Of a stretch of DNA of 57,431 nucleotides, positions 17,435 through 26,666 are shown piece after piece; the stretch's first letter is position 1; the number at the start of each line of letters is the position of its first letter. Source of the stretch: a virus (taxonomy: Duplodnaviria > Caudoviricetes); the IMG/VR virus record IMGVR_UViG_3300043652_000015, positions 1 through 57,431 of that record, one strand, 5' to 3'. Both the position numbers and the translations under genes were made by a program. The notes below the pieces were generated by a model. It saw only the letters and a list, made by a program, of their open reading frames with translations. It was not told the DNA's origin and ran no database searches.

Positions 17435-18579
17435 TGCTGGCGCACGCCTACTCGTTGGCGGCGCTGCGGCAGGCGATCCGGCGCCCGGTGGCGGCGGACT
17501 GGTCCAACGACGGCGGCGACACCTGGTCTCCGCTGCGGGTGTCGACGGGGACGGTGACGGCCGACCGCACCGCGGACGTGCGGTACGCGGCGAGCCTGAC
17601 GGTGGTCGGCGCCCAGTACGGGGGCCGGGCGGGCATCAACAGCATCAGCACGCTGGTGCGGATCCGGCAGGGCATCCAGGTGCCCCGCAGCGACGTCGAA
17701 TGGATCCCCGCGGGGACGTACACGGTCGACAAGCCCTCCCGCACCCGCACCGGTGTGACGATGAGCCTCCTCGGCCTGGAGGACGTCATCCGCGGCGCCG
17801 CGTTCCCTGCGCCTCGGACGGTGGGCCCGGACTCGGCGCGCTCCGTCGTCGGGACCCTGGTGGGCGAGGCCCTGCCGACGACACCGATCGCCTGGCAGCC
17901 GGGCATCGACCCGGGGACTAGCATCCCGGGGTTCGTCGTGGACGCCGACCGCTGGGCCGCACTGTCGTCGGGCACAGACACGGCCGGTGTCTCCACCGGG
18001 GTCGCGCAGGCCCTGGCCGGTGAGATCTGGGCGGACGCGCGCGGCATCATCGTCGTGGGCCCCGTCCCGACGCTCGACGACCCTGTGGTGTGGATGGCCC
18101 CCTACGGCACCGCCGTGGTGTCCGTGTCGCAGGACCAGTCCTCCGAGGGCGTCTACAACCTGTGGTCGGTCACCGGTGACACCGGGTCGGGTGCGGCCAC
18201 CGTCGGCCCGGCCTACGCCTGGGACTCCGACCCCAACTCGTTGACCTACGCCGGACCCGACCCCGTCGGCGACCCCCTCGCCCCGCAGCGCCTGGGCCTG
18301 CCCTGGGTGCGGGTGCGGACCAACCGCGTCTCCTCGGCGCTGGCCACCAGCCAGCAGCAGGCCGACGCCATGGCCCGGGCCGGCCTGGCCGGTTCGCTGG
18401 GTATCCAGGCGTCGCTGTCCATGGCGGCGGTGTGCCACCCGGCGCTGGAGCCCGGTGACGTCATCGCGGTCGAGGTCACCCCGGGCGAGTGGGAGACCCA
18501 CATCATCGACTCCCTGTCGTTCACGCTCGGTTCCGCGTCGATGACCTGCACGACCCGGACAACGGCCAGGAGGCTGTGA
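17434..18579 (+). CDS. Minor tail protein (baseplate hub-like)
   Basis: GTG overlapping upstream TAG; GTVTADRTADVR, EWIPAGTY, HPALEPGDVI. Confidence 0.7.
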   Translation: MLAHAYSLAALRQAIRRPVAADWSNDGGDTWSPLRVSTGTVTADRTADVRYAASLTVVGAQYGGRAGINSISTLVRIRQGIQVPRSDVEWIPAGTYTVDKPSRTRTGVTMSLLGLEDVIRGAAFPAPRTVGPDSARSVVGTLVGEALPTTPIAWQPGIDPGTSIPGFVVDADRWAALSSGTDTAGVSTGVAQALAGEIWADARGIIVVGPVPTLDDPVVWMAPYGTAVVSVSQDQSSEGVYNLWSVTGDTGSGAATVGPAYAWDSDPNSLTYAGPDPVGDPLAPQRLGLPWVRVRTNRVSSALATSQQQADAMARAGLAGSLGIQASLSMAAVCHPALEPGDVIAVEVTPGEWETHIIDSLSFTLGSASMTCTTRTTARRL

Positions 18580-19466
18580 TGGCGGACATCGCCGACCTGC
18601 TCGGCAAGGACCTCGCCCGGGCCGCGGCAGCGTCTTCGGGTGGTTTGACGACGGTCGGGGCGCAGGTCGTGGACCTGACGGACGACGGCGGCGTGAACAT
18701 CATGCTCGCTGGGGCGCTGCTGCTGGATGTGCCGTGCGCGGACTCCTACCGCGACCGTGTGGCGGGTGACTGGGTTGCGGTGCGCCAGGGGTCGCAGCCG
18801 GTGGTGCTGTGGCGCCTGGGTGCGGACCCGGCCACTGGTGCGGCGGCGGATCAGGCTGTGTCTGCGCTCACCTGGGGTACTGCGGCGCCGGGTGCGGGGT
18901 GGCAGTCCGTCACCCAATTGTATGTGCGGGCGGATGCGTCGGGTGTGGGCCAGTTGTACGCACAGCTCGGCACGGTGACTAACCCGTCGCCGCCGGATCC
19001 GGGCCCGGGCAGTGCCACGGTGGGCGCCAATGATGCCGGTTCGTGGCGGGGCGGGTCCCCGGACACGTACCACTCGAACCCGACGCAGGGCGACTGGACG
19101 GGTGGCGGTGACCTGCGGGGCGGCTGGTTCTACGGCACGAAGATCGCGTCGGCGTGCTCGGGGCGCACGGTCGCGTCAATGTCGGTCACGGTGGCGCGCC
19201 GCCGGGGTAGCGGTGTCAACGCCAAGCGCCCGGTGCATTTCTACCTCCACAACTTCACCGCCGCACCCGGTGGCCAGTTGACGCTCGGCGACGGCCCCCA
19301 GGAGCTGATCTCGCTGTCCGTCGGCGCGCAGGGCACGGCGGCGCTTCCGGCTTCGTGGCGCACGGCACTGGCAGCGGGTACCGCCCGGGGCTTGGCGATC
19401 GCGGCCAGCGGCTCGGCGGACTACGCCTCCTTCACCGGCGGCACCATCAAGATCACTTTCTCGTAG
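18579..19466 (+). CDS. Minor tail protein
   Basis: ATG after AGGAGG; Gly/Trp-rich, QGDW..GGWFYG. Confidence 0.7.
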   Translation: MADIADLLGKDLARAAAASSGGLTTVGAQVVDLTDDGGVNIMLAGALLLDVPCADSYRDRVAGDWVAVRQGSQPVVLWRLGADPATGAAADQAVSALTWGTAAPGAGWQSVTQLYVRADASGVGQLYAQLGTVTNPSPPDPGPGSATVGANDAGSWRGGSPDTYHSNPTQGDWTGGGDLRGGWFYGTKIASACSGRTVASMSVTVARRRGSGVNAKRPVHFYLHNFTAAPGGQLTLGDGPQELISLSVGAQGTAALPASWRTALAAGTARGLAIAASGSADYASFTGGTIKITFS

Positions 19467-19474
19467 GGAGTCCT

Positions 19475-20110
19475 GTGACCAGCATCGGATACGCCCACAT
19501 CCCCGTCCCGGCCGGGGGTGTGGGCCCGGACGCCCCGGCGGCATTCGCTGCCATGGCCACCGCCCTGGACCCGCACCTCCTCCAGAACGTCACCGACTCC
19601 GGCGACCGCGACAGCACCCTGAGCGGGGCACCTGCGCACACCGTCGCCGTGGCGCCCGACGGCAGCATGTGGGTCAAGGTCAGCGACTCCGACAACACGT
19701 GGATCACCGTCTGGGAGCCGAACCCCACCTGGCAGGCCGTCAGCCTGCCGTCCGGGTTCGCGTCCGTGGGGCCCGACCCCAAGGCGCGGATCATGCCGAA
19801 CGGTCAGGTGTTCCTGCGCGGCCGCATCGGCAAGGTCGACTCGTCGCTGATCGTCGGCGTGGGCGGCATCGCGATCGGCACCGTCCCCAGTGCGGCCATC
19901 CCGGCCCAGCTCGGCGGCTTCGCCGGTACCGCGTCGCTCGGCGGCGATGCGATGACCGGCGCCGGCCGCGTCGAGATCTTCCCCACCGGGACGTCGTCGG
20001 GCATCGGCGACGACGGGTCGATCGTCTGGTGGTCGCAGGACGGTTCCCAGGACTCCGGGACCGTCGGTGTGTCCTGGGTGGACATTTCTGGCAACTACTG
20101 GCTCGACTGA
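19475..20110 (+). CDS. Minor tail protein
   Basis: GTG after GGGAG; within tail module; VFLRGRI beta-rich C-terminus. Confidence 0.6.
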   Translation: MTSIGYAHIPVPAGGVGPDAPAAFAAMATALDPHLLQNVTDSGDRDSTLSGAPAHTVAVAPDGSMWVKVSDSDNTWITVWEPNPTWQAVSLPSGFASVGPDPKARIMPNGQVFLRGRIGKVDSSLIVGVGGIAIGTVPSAAIPAQLGGFAGTASLGGDAMTGAGRVEIFPTGTSSGIGDDGSIVWWSQDGSQDSGTVGVSWVDISGNYWLD

Positions 20111-20121
20111 CGGGGGCTGCT

Positions 20122-22623
20122 GTGACCTGGTACACCTTCGGCGGTCGGCCTGACGCCGTCCTGACCGACACTGCGGGCAACGTCGTCCCGAACTGGCCGC
20201 TGACCGTCAAGGTCGCCGGCACGGGCGCGGTCGTCACCGCGCTGTTCGAGGCCAACCACACCACCCCGATCGCGCAACTGCGCTCCAATGCCGCCGGGAC
20301 TTTCCCTCCGGGGGCGATCCGGACCTTCGCGATCGAGGACGTCCGCGCGATCACATACCTGTACCTGGACGCGTCCAGCAACCCGGTGACCTGGTACGAG
20401 GAAGCGCGCGAGGTCGGCACGAGCGCTCTGGACGCCTCCGTGACGGCCACCGCCGCCGCGGCGGACGCCGCAGCAGCGGCGGCCGCCGCGCAGGCCACCG
20501 CCGATGCGGCCCTGGCCAGTTCGGGCCTGGAGAGCTGGTACTCGGCCACCGCCTACGGCGCCGTCGGGAACGGCACCGCTGACGACGTCCTCGCGATCCA
20601 GGCAGCCCTGGACGATGCGGCCGCGGCTGGCGGCGGCACTGTGGTCCTGGCGGCGGGGAAGACGTTCGCGGTGTCGACGTTCCTGGTGGCACTGGACCAT
20701 GTGACGATCTACGCCTACGGGGCGACGGTCCGGTCCCGGGCCAACTCGGGGCTGCTCCGGAACTTCACCGACACGGAACTGTTCAACGGCTACGCGGGCC
20801 ACTCGCACATCACCGTCCTCGGCGGAGTCTGGGACGGCAACGCGTTCGACGGCACGCACGGCACGGTGACGTCCGAGACCGACGTGATGAACTTCGTCCA
20901 CGGCACGGACATCACCGTCCGCGACGCCAGGATCCTCAACACCTCGACCGCGCACGCCCTGGAGTTCAACTCCGTCGATGGCGGCCGGGCGATCAACTGC
21001 CGCTTCGAGGGCTTCCAGGACAACAGCTCCGGCAGTGTGCGGCAGTTCTCCGAGGCCGTCCAGATCGACATCGCGAAGTCCGGGTCCGCGTCGATCGGGA
21101 ACTTCGACAACGCCGCGTCGAAGAACATCGTCGTCCAGGGCTGCTACTTCGGGCCCTCGGACCGGTGCGGGGTCTTCGGGCGCGCAGTCGGGTCGCACAC
21201 CATCGCGTCGGCCACCTACTACGACAGCATCCAGATCCTCGGGAACCGCATCGACGGCACCATCCAGGAGGGCATCCACGGCTACGGGTGGCGGCACGTC
21301 GTCATCGCCGACAACATCATCACCGCCACCGGCCTGGACGGCATCAACCTCACCGTCCCCGACCCTGCCTCGGCCGGGTATGCGCTGACGGCGCACAGCA
21401 TGGCCATCAAGGGCAACACGGTCGACTCCCCGACGACGGGTCCCGGCATCCGGGTGCTGGGCTTCCTGACGGCCAAGATGGGCGCGGTCAGTATCACCGG
21501 CAACACTGTGAAGAACGCCGGCTCGGTCGGGCTGCACGCGGAGCAGTGCACCGCGCCGATCATTGCCGGGAACACGGTGGAGACGACCACTACGACCGGG
21601 ATCTACGGGCACGTCTCCGACGATGCCACCGTCACCGGGAACACCGTCCGCAACGCCGGGTCGAACGCCATCAACCTTTCCGGGTGCAGGGGCGGCACCG
21701 TCGCCGGCAACACCGTCGACACGACCGGATCCAACTTCGGGGTCTTCGCCGGGCTCGCGGCGGACGGCACCACGGCCTCCCAGGACCTGGTCATCACCGG
21801 CAACAAGATCAGCAAGGCGTTCGGGGCCGGAATCAGGCTGTCGACGTCGACGACGGGCTGCCTGGTGGCGGGCAACCAGGTCCGCAAGGACGGCGGGTCG
21901 ACCAGCAACGGGATCACGCTCGCGGCCTCCGCTACCGGTGCGGTGGTCCTCGACAACGACTTCTCCGGCAACTCCTGGTCGGCGGCGACCGCCATGCTGG
22001 TATCGACCGCGAACCCGATCACCGGCATGGGCGGCATGACGGCCCTGCCCGGGTCGAACCTGTGCGACGCGGACCTGACCGCGCTGACACCCCTGGAGGC
22101 GGCGCTGCGCCCGCCGGGGCGGTTCGAGACCACCAGCAGGCTGCGCTGCGGAACCACGTCGACCCCGGCATCCGGGACGCTGTACCTGGTGCCGATCTGG
22201 CTGCCCGCCGGGTTCCCCGTCGCCCACCTCGCGTTCGTGTCGGCCAACGCCGCCACCTCCCCGACGCACTGGTGGTTCACCCTGCACGACGCCAACCGGG
22301 TGGCGCTGGCCCGCACCGCCGACCAGACCACGACGGCGTGGGCCGGGAGTACGCAGAAGTCCCTGGCGATCGCGCAGGCCACCGCCGGGACGGCGACGTC
22401 GTACACCACGACGTACACCGGCCTGCACCACATCGGGTTCTGCTACACGGGGTCGGCCCTGACCCTGATGTCCGAGGGGACGCTGTCGCAGCAGGGCGAC
22501 GTGGCCCCGGCCTATGGGGCGTCCAGTACCGGGCAGACCACGCCGCCGACCGTCACCGGCGGCGCCTTCACGGCTGCTGCGCCGAGCGGGGCCGCGATCT
22601 CGGCCTACGCCTTCGCCAGCTGA
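20122..22623 (+). CDS. Tailspike / receptor-binding protein with pectate-lyase-like parallel beta-helix
   Basis: AYGAVGNGTADDVLAIQAALD..GGGTVVL followed by many (I/V)xGNxV/I repeats. Confidence 0.85.
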   Translation: MTWYTFGGRPDAVLTDTAGNVVPNWPLTVKVAGTGAVVTALFEANHTTPIAQLRSNAAGTFPPGAIRTFAIEDVRAITYLYLDASSNPVTWYEEAREVGTSALDASVTATAAAADAAAAAAAAQATADAALASSGLESWYSATAYGAVGNGTADDVLAIQAALDDAAAAGGGTVVLAAGKTFAVSTFLVALDHVTIYAYGATVRSRANSGLLRNFTDTELFNGYAGHSHITVLGGVWDGNAFDGTHGTVTSETDVMNFVHGTDITVRDARILNTSTAHALEFNSVDGGRAINCRFEGFQDNSSGSVRQFSEAVQIDIAKSGSASIGNFDNAASKNIVVQGCYFGPSDRCGVFGRAVGSHTIASATYYDSIQILGNRIDGTIQEGIHGYGWRHVVIADNIITATGLDGINLTVPDPASAGYALTAHSMAIKGNTVDSPTTGPGIRVLGFLTAKMGAVSITGNTVKNAGSVGLHAEQCTAPIIAGNTVETTTTTGIYGHVSDDATVTGNTVRNAGSNAINLSGCRGGTVAGNTVDTTGSNFGVFAGLAADGTTASQDLVITGNKISKAFGAGIRLSTSTTGCLVAGNQVRKDGGSTSNGITLAASATGAVVLDNDFSGNSWSAATAMLVSTANPITGMGGMTALPGSNLCDADLTALTPLEAALRPPGRFETTSRLRCGTTSTPASGTLYLVPIWLPAGFPVAHLAFVSANAATSPTHWWFTLHDANRVALARTADQTTTAWAGSTQKSLAIAQATAGTATSYTTTYTGLHHIGFCYTGSALTLMSEGTLSQQGDVAPAYGASSTGQTTPPTVTGGAFTAAAPSGAAISAYAFAS

Positions 22624-22646
22624 CCAGCCACGATCGGGAGTCCATC

Positions 22647-22910
22647 ATGCCCATTGCTTCCCCCGTCGAGGACTTCGGCGGTGCGTACTTCGCGCTGACC
22701 ATCAGGAGCGTTGCCGAGTTCGGGGGCCCGTCGGACGCCTATCCCGTCAGGCTCGATGCCGTCATCGGGGTCGACGGCGGTCACGGCTTCGACACCGGTG
22801 TCCCCGAGTTGGTGCAGGGTCTGGTGGACCTGATCGACGGGGACCCGGCGTGGATCTGCACGGCGGTGCGGACCCACGCCGTCACCGAGTCGATGACGGC
22901 GACTGCCTGA
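22647..22910 (+). CDS. Hypothetical protein (87 aa)
   Basis: ATG after GGGAG; fills the gap after the tailspike. Confidence 0.55.
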   Translation: MPIASPVEDFGGAYFALTIRSVAEFGGPSDAYPVRLDAVIGVDGGHGFDTGVPELVQGLVDLIDGDPAWICTAVRTHAVTESMTATA

Positions 22911-22974
22911 CCCCACCTCGCCCCGCGCTACCTGGTGCGGGGTTTCGCCTTGTCCAGCAGAAACGGATCTCCTC

Positions 22975-23289
22975 ATGCAGGTTCATCTCACTCTCGCGTA
23001 CTGGCTCGGCCTGCTCGTCACGCTGGGTCTGCCGATCCTGGTCGGTCTGGTGACCACGAAGGTCACCTCCGCCGGCGTGAAGTCGGTGCTGTTGCTGGCC
23101 CTGTCCGCGGCGAACGGGTTCCTCGTCGAGTTGGCGCACCCGGGTCCCGGGTACAGCGTCGGTACGGCGGCGGTCCTGACGCTGGTCGGTTTCGGTACGG
23201 CGGTGGCGCTGCACTTCGGCCTGTACAAGCCGACCGGTGTGTCGGCGCGGGCGCAGGCCCTCGGTGCGAAGCCCGCGCAGAGCACCTGA
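22975..23289 (+). CDS. Holin
   Basis: 104 aa with three hydrophobic segments; LPILVGLVT..KSVLLLALS..HFGLYKP. Confidence 0.75.
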   Translation: MQVHLTLAYWLGLLVTLGLPILVGLVTTKVTSAGVKSVLLLALSAANGFLVELAHPGPGYSVGTAAVLTLVGFGTAVALHFGLYKPTGVSARAQALGAKPAQST

Positions 23290-23325
23290 TCGACCTGATC
23301 CACCTACGCACCAGAGGGGGCGGCG

Positions 23326-23697
23326 TTGGCTGATGAGGTCACCCTCGGGGAAGTTCACCGCGGTTTGCGGGAGCACGAGCAGCGCAGTGCGGACCAGCAT
23401 CGTGCTTTGGATGAGCGGATCACGAGTCTGGCGGCGCAGTCGGTGTCGGCTGCGGTGTATCAGGCGGATCAGCGGGCGACGGTGGAGATGGCCCGGCGTC
23501 TGGAGCGTGATCACGGTGAGGATGTGCGGAAGCTGCGCGAGGATGTGATCAATCCGGCGTTGGTGAGGATTGAGACGTTGGAGAAGCGCCCGGTGCCGAC
23601 GATGACGTTCGGTAAGTGGATCGCGTTGGCGGGTGCGATCACGGGGTTTCTGACGGTGATTGTGGCGGCGTGGGCCGTGACGAAGGGGGCAGCGTGA
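23326..23697 (+). CDS. Coiled-coil protein with C-terminal TM helix (lysis cassette)
   Basis: TTG start; EVTLGEVHRGL; C-terminal WIALAGAITGFLTVIVAAWAV. Confidence 0.65.
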   Translation: MADEVTLGEVHRGLREHEQRSADQHRALDERITSLAAQSVSAAVYQADQRATVEMARRLERDHGEDVRKLREDVINPALVRIETLEKRPVPTMTFGKWIALAGAITGFLTVIVAAWAVTKGAA

Positions 23698-24446
23698 GCG
23701 TTCCTCCGTCTCGTCCGCGTCGCCTGCGCCTGCCGATGGCGGTGCAGTTGGCTGGCCTGTTGCTGTTCCTGTTGGGGTGCGCGTTCATTGTGGTCCAGTT
23801 GCTGTCGCTCAGGTCGACGGTGAATTCTCAGCAGGCGTCGCAGCAGGCGCAGTCGACGGCGATCAGCAAGCTCAGTACGGCGTTGGATCAGACTCGCACG
23901 CAGTTGCAGCAGCATGGTGTGACTCCGAAGGCCCCGCCGGCGACGACGATCGTCAAGGATGTGCCGGGTGCTGCGGGTGCGTCGGTGGTCGGGCCTCAGG
24001 GTCCTGCGGGTCCGGCTGGTGCGTCGCCGGATGTGCAGGCGATTGCCCAGCTGGTCCTGTCGATGATCCACCCGTCTGCTGGTCCGGCGGGTCCGGCTGG
24101 TGCGGTCGGGCCGGCTGGTCCGGCGGGTGCTGACTCGACTGTTCCGGGCCCGGCGGGTGCCGCAGGTGCCGCAGGCCAGGACGGCAAGGACGGATCGGAC
24201 GGGGCTCAGGGCGGCACGGGTCCGGCGCCGTCGGGTTGGACGTTCACGGCGGCTGACGGCACGGTCTACGACTGCACCCCGGATGCCGCGGGGAGCTCGC
24301 ATTACACCTGCCAGGCCGAGTCGGGTACGGGTCCGCAGCCTCCGTCGGATCCGGCCCCGCTGCCGTCGCAGTCTGCTGTGGCGTCGTCGCGGCAGGCTGA
24401 GCACCGCCCTGTGGCGGCGGTGTCGACGGGCCCCGGGCGGCCGTGA
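23694..24446 (+). CDS. Membrane-anchored collagen-like (Gly-X-Y) protein
   Basis: GTGA overlap; N-terminal TM, Gln-rich coil, GPQGPAGPAG / GQDGKDGSDGAQG repeats, Cys pair. Confidence 0.75.
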   Translation: MSVPPSRPRRLRLPMAVQLAGLLLFLLGCAFIVVQLLSLRSTVNSQQASQQAQSTAISKLSTALDQTRTQLQQHGVTPKAPPATTIVKDVPGAAGASVVGPQGPAGPAGASPDVQAIAQLVLSMIHPSAGPAGPAGAVGPAGPAGADSTVPGPAGAAGAAGQDGKDGSDGAQGGTGPAPSGWTFTAADGTVYDCTPDAAGSSHYTCQAESGTGPQPPSDPAPLPSQSAVASSRQAEHRPVAAVSTGPGRP

Positions 24447-24545
24447 GTTCCAGCCGCCCGCCCCAACCTTGAATTTCCCTCGCCCTTCTCAAGCCCCCGC
24501 GCATTCCGCCGGGGGCTTCTCCATGCCCTCACCGAGGAGACCCTC

Positions 24546-25259
24546 ATGTCTGTCACTCAGGCGTTCCGCCTTCTCCCGGAGCACCCGGACAACCCGTACC
24601 GGCTCGGCCGCCACCAGATGCACGACACCCTGGTCCCCGAGCTCGAAGCCGTGGTGGACTTCCTGGAGCCGATCCTCGACGTCGCCCACGAGGAGTTCGA
24701 GGACCCGTTCGACCAGGGCAAGGTCGGCGACTGCACCATGAACGCCGGGTACGGCTGCATGGTCACCGCCCCGTTCGGCAAGCCCGGCGCCAGTGTCACC
24801 CAGGACACGATCCTGACCGGGTACAAGCTGGAGACCCGCCTCGACGACTCCCAGATCCCCGGGCACTACCCGCCCGACGACACCGGGTCCACTGGCGCCT
24901 GGTCGATGCGGGTCCTGGAGAAGCTGGGGCTCATCAAGACCTGGCATCACACCCGGGTCCTGCACGCCGCCCTGCGGCTGCTGAACAAGGGCCCGATCAG
25001 CATCGGGATCCCGTGGTACCAGTCGTTCTTCACCCCGGACGCGGACGGCACGATCCACCTGATCGAGTCCTCCGGGCAGGCTGGTGGGCACCAGATCTGC
25101 GTCGTCGCGAACGACACCAAGAAGCGCCGCATCCGGATCCGGAACTCCTGGGGTACCGGCTGGGGCGACAACGGCCACTGCTGGCTGTCCTGGGACGACT
25201 TCGGCCGTCTGCTGGAACTCGGCGGCGACGTCGTCCAGCCCGTCGCCCTGGGGGTCTGA
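24546..25259 (+). CDS. Papain-like (C1 family) cysteine peptidase
   Basis: DQGKVGDCTMNA (oxyanion Q, catalytic C), GGHQICVV (H), IRNSWGTGWGDNG (N). Confidence 0.88.
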   Translation: MSVTQAFRLLPEHPDNPYRLGRHQMHDTLVPELEAVVDFLEPILDVAHEEFEDPFDQGKVGDCTMNAGYGCMVTAPFGKPGASVTQDTILTGYKLETRLDDSQIPGHYPPDDTGSTGAWSMRVLEKLGLIKTWHHTRVLHAALRLLNKGPISIGIPWYQSFFTPDADGTIHLIESSGQAGGHQICVVANDTKKRRIRIRNSWGTGWGDNGHCWLSWDDFGRLLELGGDVVQPVALGV

Positions 25260-26149
25260 TGGGTATCAACGGCCAGGACTGGGCTTCCTATCAGTCGGAC
25301 GCACCGTCCACGACGGGCCTGTCCTTCGCGTTCACGAAGGTCACGCAGGGGACCGGGTACGTCAACCCGAAGTGGGTCGCCCAGCGCGCCCACGCCAAGG
25401 CCAACGGCCTGGTCTGGGGCGGCTACCACTACCCCGACATGGGCAACACGGTCGCCAGCGAGGCGGACTGGTTCCTCAAGCAGGTCACCTTCGTGCCCGG
25501 CGACCTCGTGGTCCTCGACTGGGAGGGCTACGACACCGCGAACAAGGCGGTCCCGAAGGCCAAGCAGGCGGCCTACAAGGAGGCCTGGCTGCGGTACGTC
25601 AAGGCCCGGCTCCCGCACAACCCGATCGGCATGTACTGCAACACGGACTACTGGCGGAACGTCGACACCACCGGCTACTACGGCGACTTCCTGTGGATCG
25701 CCACCGCCGACCTGCCCGCCGGCAAGCCCGGGATCACCGCCCCGTGGCTGTTCCACCAGTACTCGGCCTCCACGGTCGACAAGGACTTCTGCCACCTGGC
25801 CAGCACGGCCGCGCTCCGGACGTGGGCGCTCACTTTCTCGGAGGAAGACATGCCACTGACCGCAGCCGATGTGAAGACCATCGCGAGCACGGACAACATT
25901 TTCGCGGCGCCGCCGGACGCGGCGGACATCAAGACCAACCCGTTCTGGACTCTGGCGTCGCACGTGCAGGACCAGACGGCGCGGATCCGGGCGACGCAGA
26001 AGACGGTGGCGGCGCTGGTGGCGACGGTGCAGACTCTCGCGGGCCAGCTCGGCAAGGATGTCGATACGGCTGCGGTGGTCGCGGCGGTGGAGGCTGCGAT
26101 CGCGACGGCCGTCATTCACGTCGAGGTCGACAGCGGCCCGGCGAAGTAG
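25259..26149 (+). CDS. Endolysin, GH25 muramidase
   Basis: GQDWASYQ, FAFTKVTQGTGYVNP, GGYHY, VLDWE, LWIA, FHQYS. Confidence 0.92.
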   Translation: MGINGQDWASYQSDAPSTTGLSFAFTKVTQGTGYVNPKWVAQRAHAKANGLVWGGYHYPDMGNTVASEADWFLKQVTFVPGDLVVLDWEGYDTANKAVPKAKQAAYKEAWLRYVKARLPHNPIGMYCNTDYWRNVDTTGYYGDFLWIATADLPAGKPGITAPWLFHQYSASTVDKDFCHLASTAALRTWALTFSEEDMPLTAADVKTIASTDNIFAAPPDAADIKTNPFWTLASHVQDQTARIRATQKTVAALVATVQTLAGQLGKDVDTAAVVAAVEAAIATAVIHVEVDSGPAK

Positions 26150-26165
26150 CGGCAGCGTGCGTGTT

Positions 26166-26189
26166 CGGCCCCTGCTTCGGCAGGGGCCG
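26166..26189 (+). terminator. Stem-loop terminator after endolysin
   Basis: CGGCCCCTGC-TTCG-GCAGGGGCCG perfect 10-bp stem, followed by TTCT. Confidence 0.75.
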
Positions 26190-26666
26190 TTCTGCTGTTC
26201 CCGGCGCTATCCTGGTCGTGGATGGCATCGTTCCTGCGGAGGCTCCGCAGACACCTGGCGGCGACGGCCGCCATCCAACTCAACTACCCATTCGGGCTTC
26301 GGCCCTTGCCGGGCGGTCAGCAGCTTCTGCTGGCCGCCCCGTTGCCGCCGTCACTGGTCTCCGGACCGGTGACGGCGGCTTCTTTGCGTTCACGCTCTGC
26401 AACTGTGACGCCGGTCGCCACCCTGCGCAGTGGTGCACGATCGGCAACGATCGCCCCTGGTAGCAACGGGTTTGACGTTCCGCCAGTAGTCTCCGGGTGT
26501 CGCCACGGAGCGTAAGATTGTTCTACCGGCTCGACGCCGGACAAACTTCAGCCCCTGCAAGGAGCTTGCGACTCCCCAGGGGCTACGGCCCAAAGGATCA
26601 CGACTCCTTGGACACCACCAATGTACCGAGCCTCTGCCTGTGTTGCTACCTGGCGGAGGCGGCCCG

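Noticed and set aside
19669-20121. Upstream extensions of track ORFs (e.g. 19669, 21165, 25013, 37882, 53166 starts)
   Set aside because: They overlap genuine upstream genes; downstream starts have an RBS or stop/start coupling.
23960-24220. GGTCCGGC tandem repeats
   Set aside because: Explained by Gly-Pro-Ala collagen-like coding.
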